A DNA stretch of 64,000 bases from Candidatus Limnocylindrus sp. (GTDB taxonomy: Bacteria > Chloroflexota > Limnocylindria > Limnocylindrales > Limnocylindraceae): assembly GCA_040397175.1 (NCBI GenBank), contig JBBAWM010000003.1, positions 32,001 to 96,000 on the forward strand, given 5' to 3'. The notes under the pieces are model-generated. The model was not told where the DNA came from. It saw only the letters and a program-made list of their open reading frames with translations, and did no database searches. The position numbers and the translations under genes are program-made. Numbering within the stretch: the stretch's first letter is position 1; each line of letters begins with the position of its first letter. This document shows, piece by piece, positions 1 to 9,894 of this stretch.

Positions 1-1
1 T

Positions 2-109
2 GCCGCATGTGTCTCTTCTGCAGTTGAAGCGCTCAAGGCGGACGGAACGCTCGCCGCACTGCTGAAGCAGTGGATTCCAGACATCGCTAACGCACCAGTC
101 CTGAAGTAG
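2..109 (+). CDS. 3' end of polar amino-acid ABC transporter substrate-binding protein (partial)
   Basis: Manual translation ...AVEALKADGTLAALLKQWIPDIANAPVLK* is typical of SBP_bac_3 C-termini; lies directly upstream of the permease and ATPase. Confidence 0.75.
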   Translation, partial: AACVSSAVEALKADGTLAALLKQWIPDIANAPVLK

Positions 110-121
110 GCGAATCGCACG

Positions 122-928
122 ATGACGGCGGCGAGGTCGGCCCGAAAGGGAACCTTCGTCGCCGTCATCAGCACCCTCGTCGTCGCGACCATCGTCGCGA
201 TCTCCATCGGATCATCACCGAGCTGGCCGCTCGTGCAGAAGGCCTTCTTCGACGGAACCTATTTCTCTACCTCGCTCCCCAGCGTGCTCGGGGCGTTTGC
301 CATCAACATCCAACTCTTCGTGTTGGCAGAGATCCTGATCCTGCCACTCGGACTTCTCATCGCCCTCGCGCGATCCATCACGAGTCCCGCGCTCGCGCCG
401 CTGCGCATCTTCGCCACGATCTACACCGACTTCTTCCGTGGCGTGCCGAGCATCCTGGTGATCTACGTGCTCGGCTTCGGCGTGCCCGCGCTGCGCCTCC
501 CTGGCGTGCCGAAGGAGCCCTTCTTCTGGGCGCTCGTCACCCTGGTGCTGATCTACAGCGCCTACGTGAGCGAGGTCTACCGCGCTGGCATTGAATCGAT
601 TCACCCGTCGCAAGAGCGCGCTGCGCGTGCCCTTGGGCTGACCCGCCTCCAGGCGCTGCGCTACGTCGTCCTGCCGCAGGCACTCCGACGCGTGGTGCCA
701 CCACTCTTGAACGACTTCATCGGGCTGCAGAAAGATACGGCGCTCGTCTCGATTCTCGGTGTCGTGGAGGCCTTCAAGCAGGCACAGATCTTGAAGTCGG
801 CGAACTTCAACTTCACGCCGCTGATGACTACGGCGCTGATCTTCTTGGTCATCACGATTCCGATGACTCGCCTCGTTGACCGACTCGCGGCGAAGGATCG
901 TGCGACGCAACAGGGAGGCACACGCTAA
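122..928 (+). CDS. Amino-acid ABC transporter permease (HisM/GlnP family)
   Basis: FRGVPS motif, YVSEVYRAGIESI...ARALGL EAA loop, KDTALVS; hydrophobic. Confidence 0.92.
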   Translation: MTAARSARKGTFVAVISTLVVATIVAISIGSSPSWPLVQKAFFDGTYFSTSLPSVLGAFAINIQLFVLAEILILPLGLLIALARSITSPALAPLRIFATIYTDFFRGVPSILVIYVLGFGVPALRLPGVPKEPFFWALVTLVLIYSAYVSEVYRAGIESIHPSQERAARALGLTRLQALRYVVLPQALRRVVPPLLNDFIGLQKDTALVSILGVVEAFKQAQILKSANFNFTPLMTTALIFLVITIPMTRLVDRLAAKDRATQQGGTR

Positions 929-1710
929 TGGCCCGTGCCGCAGCTCGACGAGACGTAGCGCCAGTATTGGAGTTGCGTGGTCTCTCGAAGCGCTATGGGC
1001 GTGCGCTCGTGCTCGACAAGATTGACCTCACGCTCGCCGAGCATGAGGTGGTCTGCCTGATCGGCGCATCAGGCTCTGGCAAATCCACCTTGTTGCGCTG
1101 CGCCGACCTGCTTGAGCCGATCGACGCCGGAAGTATCACGCTCGACGGGCGTGCCGTGCAAGCCGACGATCGTGACGCCGATGCAACGCGCCGACAGCTG
1201 GGGATCGTCTTTCAGGGGTTCAGCCTCTTCCCGCATCTCACCGCGCTCGAGAATGTGGCACTTGCGCCGCGTGTCGCGCTTGGCCTCAGCGCCGCTGCGG
1301 CTGAGAAGCGTGCCCGCACGCTCCTGAAGCAGCTCGGACTTGCCGCCAAAGCAAGCGCCTATCCCGACAGCCTCTCGGGCGGTCAGCAGCAGCGCGTGGC
1401 AATCGCCCGAGCCTTGGCAACGGAGCCGAAGGTGCTCTTGCTCGACGAGATCACGAGCGCCCTTGATCCGGTGTTGGTTGCCGATGTGCTCGAAGCCCTA
1501 CGCGCGCTGGCGAAGGGCGGCATGACGATGTTGATTGCTACGCACGAGATGGCCTTTGCCGCCGATGTTGCTGACCGCATCTGTTATCTCGAGGGAGGCC
1601 GAATCGTGGAGGAGGGCACTCCCGAGAAGATCTTTCGTGCGCCGCGGGATCCGCGCACACGAGCGTTCTTAAAGCGCGTGCGATCGGTTGGAGCCAGCGC
1701 GCTGCGCTAG
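928..1710 (+). CDS. Amino-acid ABC transporter ATP-binding protein (GlnQ family)
   Basis: Walker A GASGSGKS, LSGGQQQR signature, Walker B LLLDE, THEM; TAATG overlap with the permease. Confidence 0.95.
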   Translation: MARAAARRDVAPVLELRGLSKRYGRALVLDKIDLTLAEHEVVCLIGASGSGKSTLLRCADLLEPIDAGSITLDGRAVQADDRDADATRRQLGIVFQGFSLFPHLTALENVALAPRVALGLSAAAAEKRARTLLKQLGLAAKASAYPDSLSGGQQQRVAIARALATEPKVLLLDEITSALDPVLVADVLEALRALAKGGMTMLIATHEMAFAADVADRICYLEGGRIVEEGTPEKIFRAPRDPRTRAFLKRVRSVGASALR

Positions 1711-1757
1711 AGCCTCGAAATACGGGCCGCATACGTAATCACAGATAGGGTTACCCA

Positions 1758-2294
1758 ATGAGCCGCATGTATCGCGTCAAGATTGCCGGGCGTTGGACCG
1801 AGGCGCCCAAGTGGGCGCTCGATCTCCCCTTTGAGGTTCGCCCCATGCGCGGCTTCACCGTTGCCGCTTGGCCGCAGTGGCGCCCCACCCTCGAGTTGCT
1901 CGCGCGTGCGACGGCGCGTGCCAAGCGCAAACTTGAGTGGGTACGCATTCACGACCACACGGGAACGCGCCGTGAACCAGCGCATCCGTTCGGCTGGGTC
2001 GTTACCGAAACAGGCGAAATGTTCCTCTGCTCCTACGACAAGGGGACGGCGCTCCACGAGCTTGCACACCTCATCAGTGGTGATTCGCATGGTGATGCGT
2101 GGGCGCGCGCCTGCTTTGAACTCCATCGAACCTGGCTGCGGGGTGCGGCGATCAAGGCGGCTGACCTCGAGGTTACGCGCTATCTCTCGGGGCGGCGTGA
2201 GTGGAAGCGACGATTTGGCGAGAGGCCTCCGAAGCAGCCGGTTCCAGTTAGCTCTTGGATCGCCCCGCGACGAAGAGCCGCTCGAGCAGCGTAA
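1758..2294 (+). CDS. Small SprT-like zinc metalloprotease-domain protein
   Basis: HELAH (HExxH) followed by HGDAW; TAGGGT -10 box 6 nt before ATG. Confidence 0.6.
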   Translation: MSRMYRVKIAGRWTEAPKWALDLPFEVRPMRGFTVAAWPQWRPTLELLARATARAKRKLEWVRIHDHTGTRREPAHPFGWVVTETGEMFLCSYDKGTALHELAHLISGDSHGDAWARACFELHRTWLRGAAIKAADLEVTRYLSGRREWKRRFGERPPKQPVPVSSWIAPRRRAARAA

Positions 2295-3480
2295 GGTAGG
2301 CAGCGCTCTCGCTCTCCCAATTTGCGCCGCCCGCGATCACCTCGCGTGCTGCATCAATCGTTGTTCGTCGTAGGTCGGCATTTCCATGTAGCCGCTGAAT
2401 CGCATCCGCAAGTGAGGCGGGGTTGCCGCTCTCGTAACGGATCACCGCGGGTTCTGGAATAAGATCATCCAACGTTGCGAGGCGCGATGCAACGACGACA
2501 CGCTCGATCGCCATCCCCTCATACACCTTATTGGAGATGGTCAGGTCCGTAAACGCATCGCGCCGTGTTGGGGCGAGTGCGATATCGCTCTCTGCAATCA
2601 ACCGTGGTACCTCGTCCATCGGCACCCTGCCAGCGAAGTGCACCGCAGACGCCACACCGAGTGTGGCGGCAAGCTCCTGAAGTAGGGGCTCACTCTCACC
2701 CCTACCAGCAATGGTGAGCGTCGCGTTGATCGGTGGGGTGGCTGATCGCATGAGGGCGAGGCCGCGAATCACAACATCAAGCTCATAGGTGGGCGTGAGC
2801 GCTCCGGCATAGACGAGGCGCAGCTCACCATCCTCAGCCCAGGCCCGTGTCCTAAATGCTCCGCTACGGAAGCGCTTGACCTCGGGAACGTTGAGCAGGG
2901 TGCTCATTGAGGATGCGCGCGACGGAACCTCGCGCTTGAGGCGGGCGAGCATTCTTGGAGTCGTTACGAGGGTCCAGTCAGCGGCACGCACCGAGGCGCG
3001 TTCAGCCCACGCAACAACCCCGCCAGCGAGGCGAGCGAGGGCTCGGGTCGCACGAGGCCGATCGTGTGCCGCGAATCGCATCTTGAAGAATTCGGGCGAT
3101 GCCTCATGGAGATCCAGAAGAATCGGCACCGCCGCCTGTCGCCGAAGTGAAGTCGCGGCGAAGATGAGCCAGTCGGGGACGCTATTGACGTGCACCACGG
3201 AGACCGGTGATGCGGCGTGGATCTGGTGCAGCGCCGATCGCGCGGCGAGGGCGAAGCGTGCGTATTCCACAAGGTACGAGAAGAGGCCAGCCCCCTGCCG
3301 TCGCTGGATCGGCAGACGGTGGACCTGCGCACCGTCCACTACGTCGATCGGCGCGTCGTCCGTTCGCTGCAAGGCGATAACGTCGACCTTCCAGCCGGCA
3401 CCGGTGGCTGCGGAGACGGCGCGACGAACGCGTGGATCTTCGTCGTAGTAGGAGTGCACGATCGCGACGAAGTGTGACAT
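2248..3480 (-). CDS. Glycosyltransferase family 4
   Basis: DPRVRR N-terminus, DLHE, NKVYEGMA...VVAS GT-B motif. Confidence 0.88.
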   Translation of the reverse strand: MSHFVAIVHSYYDEDPRVRRAVSAATGAGWKVDVIALQRTDDAPIDVVDGAQVHRLPIQRRQGAGLFSYLVEYARFALAARSALHQIHAASPVSVVHVNSVPDWLIFAATSLRRQAAVPILLDLHEASPEFFKMRFAAHDRPRATRALARLAGGVVAWAERASVRAADWTLVTTPRMLARLKREVPSRASSMSTLLNVPEVKRFRSGAFRTRAWAEDGELRLVYAGALTPTYELDVVIRGLALMRSATPPINATLTIAGRGESEPLLQELAATLGVASAVHFAGRVPMDEVPRLIAESDIALAPTRRDAFTDLTISNKVYEGMAIERVVVASRLATLDDLIPEPAVIRYESGNPASLADAIQRLHGNADLRRTTIDAAREVIAGGANWESESAAYLTLLERLFVAGRSKS

Positions 3481-3492
3481 CGTCGTGGCCGC

Positions 3493-4584
3493 CTAGGCGC
3501 GGTAGCGGTCGTTGATCATCGCGGCAATACGCACGCCCGCCTTGCCATCCCAGAGCGGTGGCGCCTCCGACGGCAGTGCGAAGGCTCCGGCAAGCACCCC
3601 TGCAGCCGCGTCGGCCAGTTGCGCAGGTGAGATCAGTCGGTTTGTTCCGTGGGTGATGGTGATGGGGCGTTCGGTGTTTTCGCGCATGGTCAGGCACGGC
3701 ACCTTGAGGATGGTCGTCTCCTCCTGCACGCCGCCCGAGTCCGTCACGACCAGTGATGCGCCGCGAACCAGCGAGGCGAACTCGATGTAGCCGAGTGGTG
3801 GAAGGATCTTGATCTGCCGTGATGCTGTTGCCGCATCCACGAGCCCAAGTGCGCCAAGCCGCTCTGCGCCACGCGGATGCAGTGGGATGACGAGGGGGAT
3901 GGTCGCCGACAGCTGCAGCAGTTGTTCGACAATCTCACCCCCGAGCGTTGGGTCGTCGACATTCGATGGTCGGTGCAGGGTTACGACCGCGTAGCGATCT
4001 GGCCAGCCATGGAGCGAGCGTACCGATTCAGGATCCATGCGGTCGAGATTCTTGAGGAGGGTGTCGATCATTGGGTTGCCCACCAGGGCGATGCGCTCTG
4101 TGGATACACCTTCGCGTACCAGGTGATCGACGCCCTCGGGGCTCGTGACCAGGAGGAGATCGGCGAGCGCATCGACAACGACACGATTGACCTCTTCAGG
4201 CATAGCCCGATCGAACGAGCGCAGCCCCGCCTCAACATGCACGACCGGAATCCCGAGCTTTGCCGCAACGAGCGTTGCAGCGAGGGTGGAGTTCACATCG
4301 CCGTACACGATCACGGCACGCGGCGGATTGGCGATGAACTCTGCCTCAAGGGCAAGCAGGAGTGCAGCGGTTTGCCCGGCGTGACTTCCAGAGCCAACAC
4401 CAAGGTTCACATCGGGCTCTGGGATCCCAAGTTGTTCGAAAAACACATCGCTCATGGCTCGGTCGTAGTGCTGCCCCGTGTGCACAAGTCGTTGGGGTAG
4501 GTGATGTGCGGCGACCGCCGCAATCACGGGGGCGGCCTTCATGAAATTGGGCCGTGCCCCGACGATGTGGGTGACTGGCTTCAT
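3493..4584 (-). CDS. wecB: UDP-N-acetylglucosamine 2-epimerase (non-hydrolysing)
   Basis: GARPNFMK, HTGQHYD, GDVNST, HVEAGLRS, PEEVNR, DSGGVQEE, TERP. Start reset to MKPVTH (TATCAT-6nt-ATG). Confidence 0.95.
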   Translation of the reverse strand: MKPVTHIVGARPNFMKAAPVIAAVAAHHLPQRLVHTGQHYDRAMSDVFFEQLGIPEPDVNLGVGSGSHAGQTAALLLALEAEFIANPPRAVIVYGDVNSTLAATLVAAKLGIPVVHVEAGLRSFDRAMPEEVNRVVVDALADLLLVTSPEGVDHLVREGVSTERIALVGNPMIDTLLKNLDRMDPESVRSLHGWPDRYAVVTLHRPSNVDDPTLGGEIVEQLLQLSATIPLVIPLHPRGAERLGALGLVDAATASRQIKILPPLGYIEFASLVRGASLVVTDSGGVQEETTILKVPCLTMRENTERPITITHGTNRLISPAQLADAAAGVLAGAFALPSEAPPLWDGKAGVRIAAMINDRYRA

Positions 4585-4600
4585 GGTCGTATGATACTCC

Positions 4601-6469
4601 GTGATGCCGCTCCGATTTCTCATCATGAGCCTCCTGCGCCCGCGAGAAGCCCTTCGGATCGCCCGTTCCGTGCTTGCCGCTGGTGGTGTCGTAGCGGCTC
4701 GGGCCATTGCCGAACGAAGCGCGAAACGGCGCAACCTTGTCTACGGCCTCATGCGGGCAATCGGCGCACTCTTGACGCGAACGGGCTCTTCGGGCGGCCT
4801 GGTCTACACCACTGTTGCGACCGCTGGAATAGGAAAACGGGGTGAGGCGCTCACCCACCTGCAGCAGCTCATTGGGCTGCCCTCCATTGAGCGCCGTGCC
4901 GCTGGAGCCGCTGCTGCCGCACTTCTAGGGGAGCGCACGCTCTGGAGCGAGCTGACCAGCAGCGCAGGCTTCTCGCAGCCAGCGCTCGATCAGGAAATTT
5001 CTGCGAGCGCGAACCAAACGCTCGAACATGTCGCCACAGCATCGATCTATGCCGGCGAGCTCTCAGAGGGGATTCGCCTCCTTGATGCGCTGCTCCTTCG
5101 CCCCCGCCTCTCGCGCAATTCGCGGTCGGTCCTGAGCCGTCGACGCTCCGATGCCGTTGGGAAGTTGCGGCAATACGATGCGGACTGGCGGCCGAAGATG
5201 CCAGAACCGCCTGCGACCGCTACTTCTGTGGTGCACGACCTGGTGACAACGCTCTGGGTCAACGCCCTTCCAGAAGTTCAGTCGGGCTATACGCTGCGCA
5301 GTCGCTCGGTTGCGCTCGGGCTGCGTGGGGCTGGGCTGGGCGTTCAGGCGGTGACAGCGGCGGGATTCCCTCAAGGCTCCCGCAGGTTGGATCGGCCCGA
5401 GCTCCGACACCTCGACGGACTCGACGTGTGGCGGATCGGCGGCACGGGCACAGATCTCTCCCCCGACGAACTCGGCTGCGCGACCGAAACTGGACTGGCT
5501 CGTGTCATGGACGAGAGTGGATCGGGGGTACTGATCTCCACCACCCCGTACCTCACTGCAGCAACGGCGCTCGCGGTGGCGCGCTCTCGTAAGCGGAAGA
5601 TGATCTACGAGGTTCGTGGCTTCTTGGAGGAGACGTGGGTCTCACGGGCGGGCGCTGGTGCCGATACATCGGAGCTCTACCTGCGTTGGCGCGATGCCGA
5701 GACGCGCACGATGCGCAATGCAGATGCGGTGGTCACCCTCTCTGATGGAATGCGCGACGAGATCGTAGCCCGTGGCGTTCCCGCCGATCGTGTCTTCGTC
5801 GTTCCCAACGGCGTCAACGTCGCTAACTTCACGCCGCAGGCGCCCGACAGCGCACTTCGCGCGCAGCTCGGCATTCCTGCAGGGCTCCCTGTGATTGGGT
5901 ACATCGGCTCCCTCGTTCAATATGAGGGGATCCCCGACCTCGTTCGCGCGGCAGCGCTCCTTCGAGATCAGGGGGTCGATTTCCGGCTCCTGATCGTAGG
6001 CTCGGGCGCCGATGCGGGGCGCATCTCCTCTGCCATCCAAGAGGCCGACCTTGGGGGGCTCGTCGTGATGCCAGGTCGCGTTCCGCACGCTGAGGTTCGT
6101 CGCTACCACTCCCTGATAGACCTCTTCGTCGTACCAAGAACGGCAGACCGTGTCTGTCAGCTGGTCACCCCCTTGAAGCCGTACGAGGCAATGGCGATGG
6201 GGCGTTGTGTTGTGGCATCCGATGTTGCCGCCATCCGCCAGGTGGTTCGAGAGGGTGAGACGGGTCGACTCGCAACTCCGGAGAGCCCGGCCGACCTTGC
6301 TCGCGTGCTCCGAGAACTCATCGAGGCGCCAGAGGTGCGAATGACGCTCGGTCAGACGGCACAGGAGTGGGTCCGCCGTGAGCGAAGCTGGGAGGCAATC
6401 GGCGAAATCTACGCCGACGTCGTGCGCCGCGTGAACTCAGGAGCGTTGGGGGCTTACTCCGAACGCTAA
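4601..6469 (+). CDS. Glycosyltransferase family 4 with long N-terminal extension
   Basis: SGYTLRS, YEVRGFLEETW, VPNGV, VTPLKPYEAMAMG. Start uncertain (4601, 4604 or 4625). Confidence 0.88.
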   Translation: MMPLRFLIMSLLRPREALRIARSVLAAGGVVAARAIAERSAKRRNLVYGLMRAIGALLTRTGSSGGLVYTTVATAGIGKRGEALTHLQQLIGLPSIERRAAGAAAAALLGERTLWSELTSSAGFSQPALDQEISASANQTLEHVATASIYAGELSEGIRLLDALLLRPRLSRNSRSVLSRRRSDAVGKLRQYDADWRPKMPEPPATATSVVHDLVTTLWVNALPEVQSGYTLRSRSVALGLRGAGLGVQAVTAAGFPQGSRRLDRPELRHLDGLDVWRIGGTGTDLSPDELGCATETGLARVMDESGSGVLISTTPYLTAATALAVARSRKRKMIYEVRGFLEETWVSRAGAGADTSELYLRWRDAETRTMRNADAVVTLSDGMRDEIVARGVPADRVFVVPNGVNVANFTPQAPDSALRAQLGIPAGLPVIGYIGSLVQYEGIPDLVRAAALLRDQGVDFRLLIVGSGADAGRISSAIQEADLGGLVVMPGRVPHAEVRRYHSLIDLFVVPRTADRVCQLVTPLKPYEAMAMGRCVVASDVAAIRQVVREGETGRLATPESPADLARVLRELIEAPEVRMTLGQTAQEWVRRERSWEAIGEIYADVVRRVNSGALGAYSER

Positions 6470-6477
6470 GACGGACG

Positions 6478-7806
6478 CTACGACTGCGGCCGCGCGCTCC
6501 CATCGCCGAGGCGAAGCACGAGCGAGCGATCGTGCGGGAAGCGCGACGAGGCGTTGACGGTATCTACCACCAGCCGCTTACTGGCGAAGAGCTCGCCAAG
6601 TTCCAGTGCTTTGTGCGGAGTTACGACAACGGCGAGATCGGCCCACGCGATTGCCGCAGTGAGCGTGTCGATGCGCTCAACGGCGACGCCCTTGGCGTCG
6701 GTGAACTTCATGACGTGCGGGTCAACGAATCGCACCTCGGCCCCCTCGCCGCGAAGCAGGTGCACAACGTCGGCGGCGGGCGAGTTCCTTGCATCGCGTA
6801 CGTCTGGCTTAAACGAGACACCAACTACGATGATCTTGCTTCCGTTCACAGAGCGCTTCGCCTCGTTGAGGAGTCGCCCACAGAGCTCAAGAACGTGGCG
6901 CGGCATGGCGAGGTTGATATCGGCGGCAAGTTCGACGAAACGGTCGACGAAGTCGAACTGTCGAGCGCGCCACGACAGGTAATACGGGTCAACCGGAATG
7001 CAGTGGCCGCCAACGCCAGGGCCTGGCGTGAACTTCATATAGCCGAAGGGTTTGGTCGCGGCGGCATCGATCACTTGCCAGACATCGAGCCCCATGCGCT
7101 CGCAGAGCAGCGCGAGCTGATTCACGAGCGCAATGTTCACGTTGCGGAAGGTGTTCTCTAGGAGCTTTGCAAGTTCGGCGTGGTCTGGGCTTGGGAGTGA
7201 GACCACGTGATCATTGATGCGCCCGAGCAGCGCTGCTGCGCGAGCCGTACCGCCCTCGGTTGTTGCCCCAACAAGTCGTGGGGTGGTGCGGGCGGCGCTC
7301 TCTGGATCGCCCGGGTTAACACGCTCTGGCGCGAAGGCGAGATCAAAGTCGACCCCGGCAGTAAGGCCACTCTTCTCGAGCGCCTCGCGGAACGGGCCCG
7401 TGGTAGTTCCTGGAAAGGTCGTGCTCTGCAAGATGATGAGCTGGCCCTTCTTGAGCCCCTGCGCCACCGTGCCAGCGGCCGAAAGAACTGGCCCAAGATC
7501 TGGATCCTTGCTTGCGGTGACGGGGGTGGGCACGCAGACAAACACGGCGTCGGCCTCGCCGATCTCTGGCCCGCCCGGGGCCACGACGGTGAACCCTGCG
7601 GCGAGCGCGCTCTTGAGGCGCGCGTCGGAGATGTCGTCGATTGGGCTTGTGCCAGCATTGAGCTCGGCAACCCGGCCGGCAAACGCGTCAATGCCCGAAA
7701 CCTTCAGCCCTGCATCGTGGAACGAGAGTGCGAGGGGGAGGCCGACATAGCCGAGGCCAACGATCACGACGCGCATATCAGCCTGAGATCCAACTGCATT
7801 GCTCAT
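6478..7806 (-). CDS. UDP-N-acetyl-hexosamine 6-dehydrogenase (WecC/WbpA/TviB family)
   Basis: GLGYVG Rossmann motif, CVPTP, PERVNPG, KLLEN, GPGVGGHCIPVDP, FKPDVRDARNSP. Start reset to MSNAVG. Confidence 0.93.
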   Translation of the reverse strand: MSNAVGSQADMRVVIVGLGYVGLPLALSFHDAGLKVSGIDAFAGRVAELNAGTSPIDDISDARLKSALAAGFTVVAPGGPEIGEADAVFVCVPTPVTASKDPDLGPVLSAAGTVAQGLKKGQLIILQSTTFPGTTTGPFREALEKSGLTAGVDFDLAFAPERVNPGDPESAARTTPRLVGATTEGGTARAAALLGRINDHVVSLPSPDHAELAKLLENTFRNVNIALVNQLALLCERMGLDVWQVIDAAATKPFGYMKFTPGPGVGGHCIPVDPYYLSWRARQFDFVDRFVELAADINLAMPRHVLELCGRLLNEAKRSVNGSKIIVVGVSFKPDVRDARNSPAADVVHLLRGEGAEVRFVDPHVMKFTDAKGVAVERIDTLTAAIAWADLAVVVTPHKALELGELFASKRLVVDTVNASSRFPHDRSLVLRLGDGSARPQS

Positions 7807-7845
7807 GCCGAAAATATAACAGGGTCGTCCTATACAATCCTGGTC

Positions 7846-9867
7846 ATGACCAAACAACGGTCTCTCGGACTCGATGGGCTGAGAGGAATTGCAGTCGCGT
7901 CTGTCGTCGTCGGGCATGCCTGGCCACAGCTACTCCCTGGCGGATTTACGGGTGTCGATATGTTCTTTGTCCTCTCTGGATTCCTCATCACCACCCAACT
8001 CTTCGCTGAGCATCACCAGTTTGGAACCATCGACATTGGAAGGTTCTATGCGCGAAGAATCAAGCGAATATTCCCCGCCTCGCTGCTGGTGATCTCAATC
8101 GCTGGAATCGCATGGGCGCTGCTGTATGGGCCTGGCCTCTCTCAGGAGGTCCGCACCGGCCTCTCTGCAGCGGCGGCCTCTCTCTCAAACATCTATTTTC
8201 GGGCTGCCTCGCTCGACTACTTCAACACCAGTTCAGGCTCGTCACCAATATTGCATTACTGGTCCCTTGGTGTTGAGGAGCAGTTCTATCTACTCTTCCC
8301 CATTATCCTGCTGCTCTTACAGAGAGTTGCGCAGAGGCGAGCGGGCTCTCCCTCGCTCCTCAAGCTCACCGGCGCAACCCTTGCGGCAGTGACCGTGGTC
8401 TCATTTGTCGCCATGGCCCTCTCGACCCCAACATCGGCCTTCTACCTCCCATGGTTCAGGGCGTGGGAGTTTGGCGCTGGGGGGCTGCTTGCCTACTATT
8501 TCGCTTCACGGCTACGGGCAGCGCCGTGGCTGCGACCATCGATCCGCATCATTCTGATGCTCGTTGGCTCGGCGGGTTTGGTGGTCGGATTCTTCTACGC
8601 AGGCAGGCTGATCCGCTGGCCAGGTGTTGAAACAGCGATTCCCGTCATCTCAACATGCCTTTTGATCTTCGCCCTCTCGCACGCGGAATCCGCGCGAACC
8701 ATCTTCTCGAACGCACTCCTGCGATTCTTAGGGAGGATCTCCTTCGCCCTCTACTTGTGGCATTGGCTCCTGCTCGGAATCGCCGACAGCATCTCGATGC
8801 CAAATAGCCGAAGCGACGCGGCGACCGCCCTTGCAGTTGGAGCAGCGCTCATACTCGCGACCATCAGCACCATCTCTCTCGAAGAACCGATTCGAAACAT
8901 TCGGATCGATACCTTGCACCGGACCCGCTGGGTGCTCATCAGTGGCATTGCCGCGGCGGTACTTGTTGTTGTGGGAGCTAGCATCGGGCTACCGATATTG
9001 GCCAGCGTAGCGGGTGGCAATAGCTCGTTGGCATCTTCGCTTTCGCACGTGCGCAAAGACTTCGTCAAGCTTCGACATGAACCTGGGTACTTTACTAAGA
9101 CAGCACCATTCCGAAGTGATTATGTGCCGTGTGAATACGGTGCGGCGGCAGTTGGCGCAGGTGAGCGCGGTTCATGCACCGCCCCCGATTTACCCAAGGT
9201 CGTCTTACTGGGAGATAGTCACGCTCTAGCGTGGTTCCCACCAGTGAATCAGTGGGCCAGGGAGCACGGTTACGCACTAATCGTACTTGGGCGATCATCA
9301 TGTAGCCCCTTCAATATTGCACCAACGCCGGTGAACGGCTCTGCGGTGTGCACGAGGTGGGCGAACGAGGTGTGGGAGCGCATTGCCACGATAAGACCAG
9401 CGCTCCTCATCGTGGCATCGTCAAATGGTTCAAAGATCGCCGTCGGTGAAACCTACTCGTTGCCAGTGACAGGGGCGCGGGATTGGATGAGTGGCGCCAT
9501 AGAGACGTTGGTGCAGGCAAGGTCGCACGCAGGGCGCGTTGTGTTGCTCAGTGATGTGCCGCGAGCACGATTTGACATTCCAGATTGCATCGCACTACAT
9601 CGATTCGATACCAGTGCGTGTACGGTGCCCATTGGCGACACCCTGCCAGCACTTTATATCGCGAATCTCGAGGAGGTAGCCGCCGCTGCCGGTGTATCTT
9701 CCTGGGATCCTTCCGAGTACATCTGCCCAGATGGGCTCTGCACCTGGTTGCAGGGGAGCACCATTATGTACATAGATAACAACCATCTCTCGGCAACATT
9801 CGCCGCTACCCTAGGGACGCCACTCGGGAAGGTGCTCGACGAGATCTTGTCGCCGCCCTCGCCGTAG
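7846..9867 (+). CDS. AT3-SGNH O-acyltransferase (OafA/OatA-like)
   Basis: LDGLRGIA, GVDMFFVLSGFLI, HYWSLGVEEQFY, YLWHW; SGNH domain GDSHA...DNNH. Start reset to MTKQRS. Confidence 0.92.
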   Translation: MTKQRSLGLDGLRGIAVASVVVGHAWPQLLPGGFTGVDMFFVLSGFLITTQLFAEHHQFGTIDIGRFYARRIKRIFPASLLVISIAGIAWALLYGPGLSQEVRTGLSAAAASLSNIYFRAASLDYFNTSSGSSPILHYWSLGVEEQFYLLFPIILLLLQRVAQRRAGSPSLLKLTGATLAAVTVVSFVAMALSTPTSAFYLPWFRAWEFGAGGLLAYYFASRLRAAPWLRPSIRIILMLVGSAGLVVGFFYAGRLIRWPGVETAIPVISTCLLIFALSHAESARTIFSNALLRFLGRISFALYLWHWLLLGIADSISMPNSRSDAATALAVGAALILATISTISLEEPIRNIRIDTLHRTRWVLISGIAAAVLVVVGASIGLPILASVAGGNSSLASSLSHVRKDFVKLRHEPGYFTKTAPFRSDYVPCEYGAAAVGAGERGSCTAPDLPKVVLLGDSHALAWFPPVNQWAREHGYALIVLGRSSCSPFNIAPTPVNGSAVCTRWANEVWERIATIRPALLIVASSNGSKIAVGETYSLPVTGARDWMSGAIETLVQARSHAGRVVLLSDVPRARFDIPDCIALHRFDTSACTVPIGDTLPALYIANLEEVAAAAGVSSWDPSEYICPDGLCTWLQGSTIMYIDNNHLSATFAATLGTPLGKVLDEILSPPSP

Positions 9868-9894
9868 CGGTATCCCATCCCGTACACTCCCCCA

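Noticed and set aside
7207-7845. Long N-terminal extensions and antisense ORFs in the ORF track (e.g. 7207, 41105, 36340, 47150 starts; 13586..14578)
   Set aside because: These are shadow frames of real genes in high-GC DNA; true starts are marked by -10 or SD signals and family motifs.
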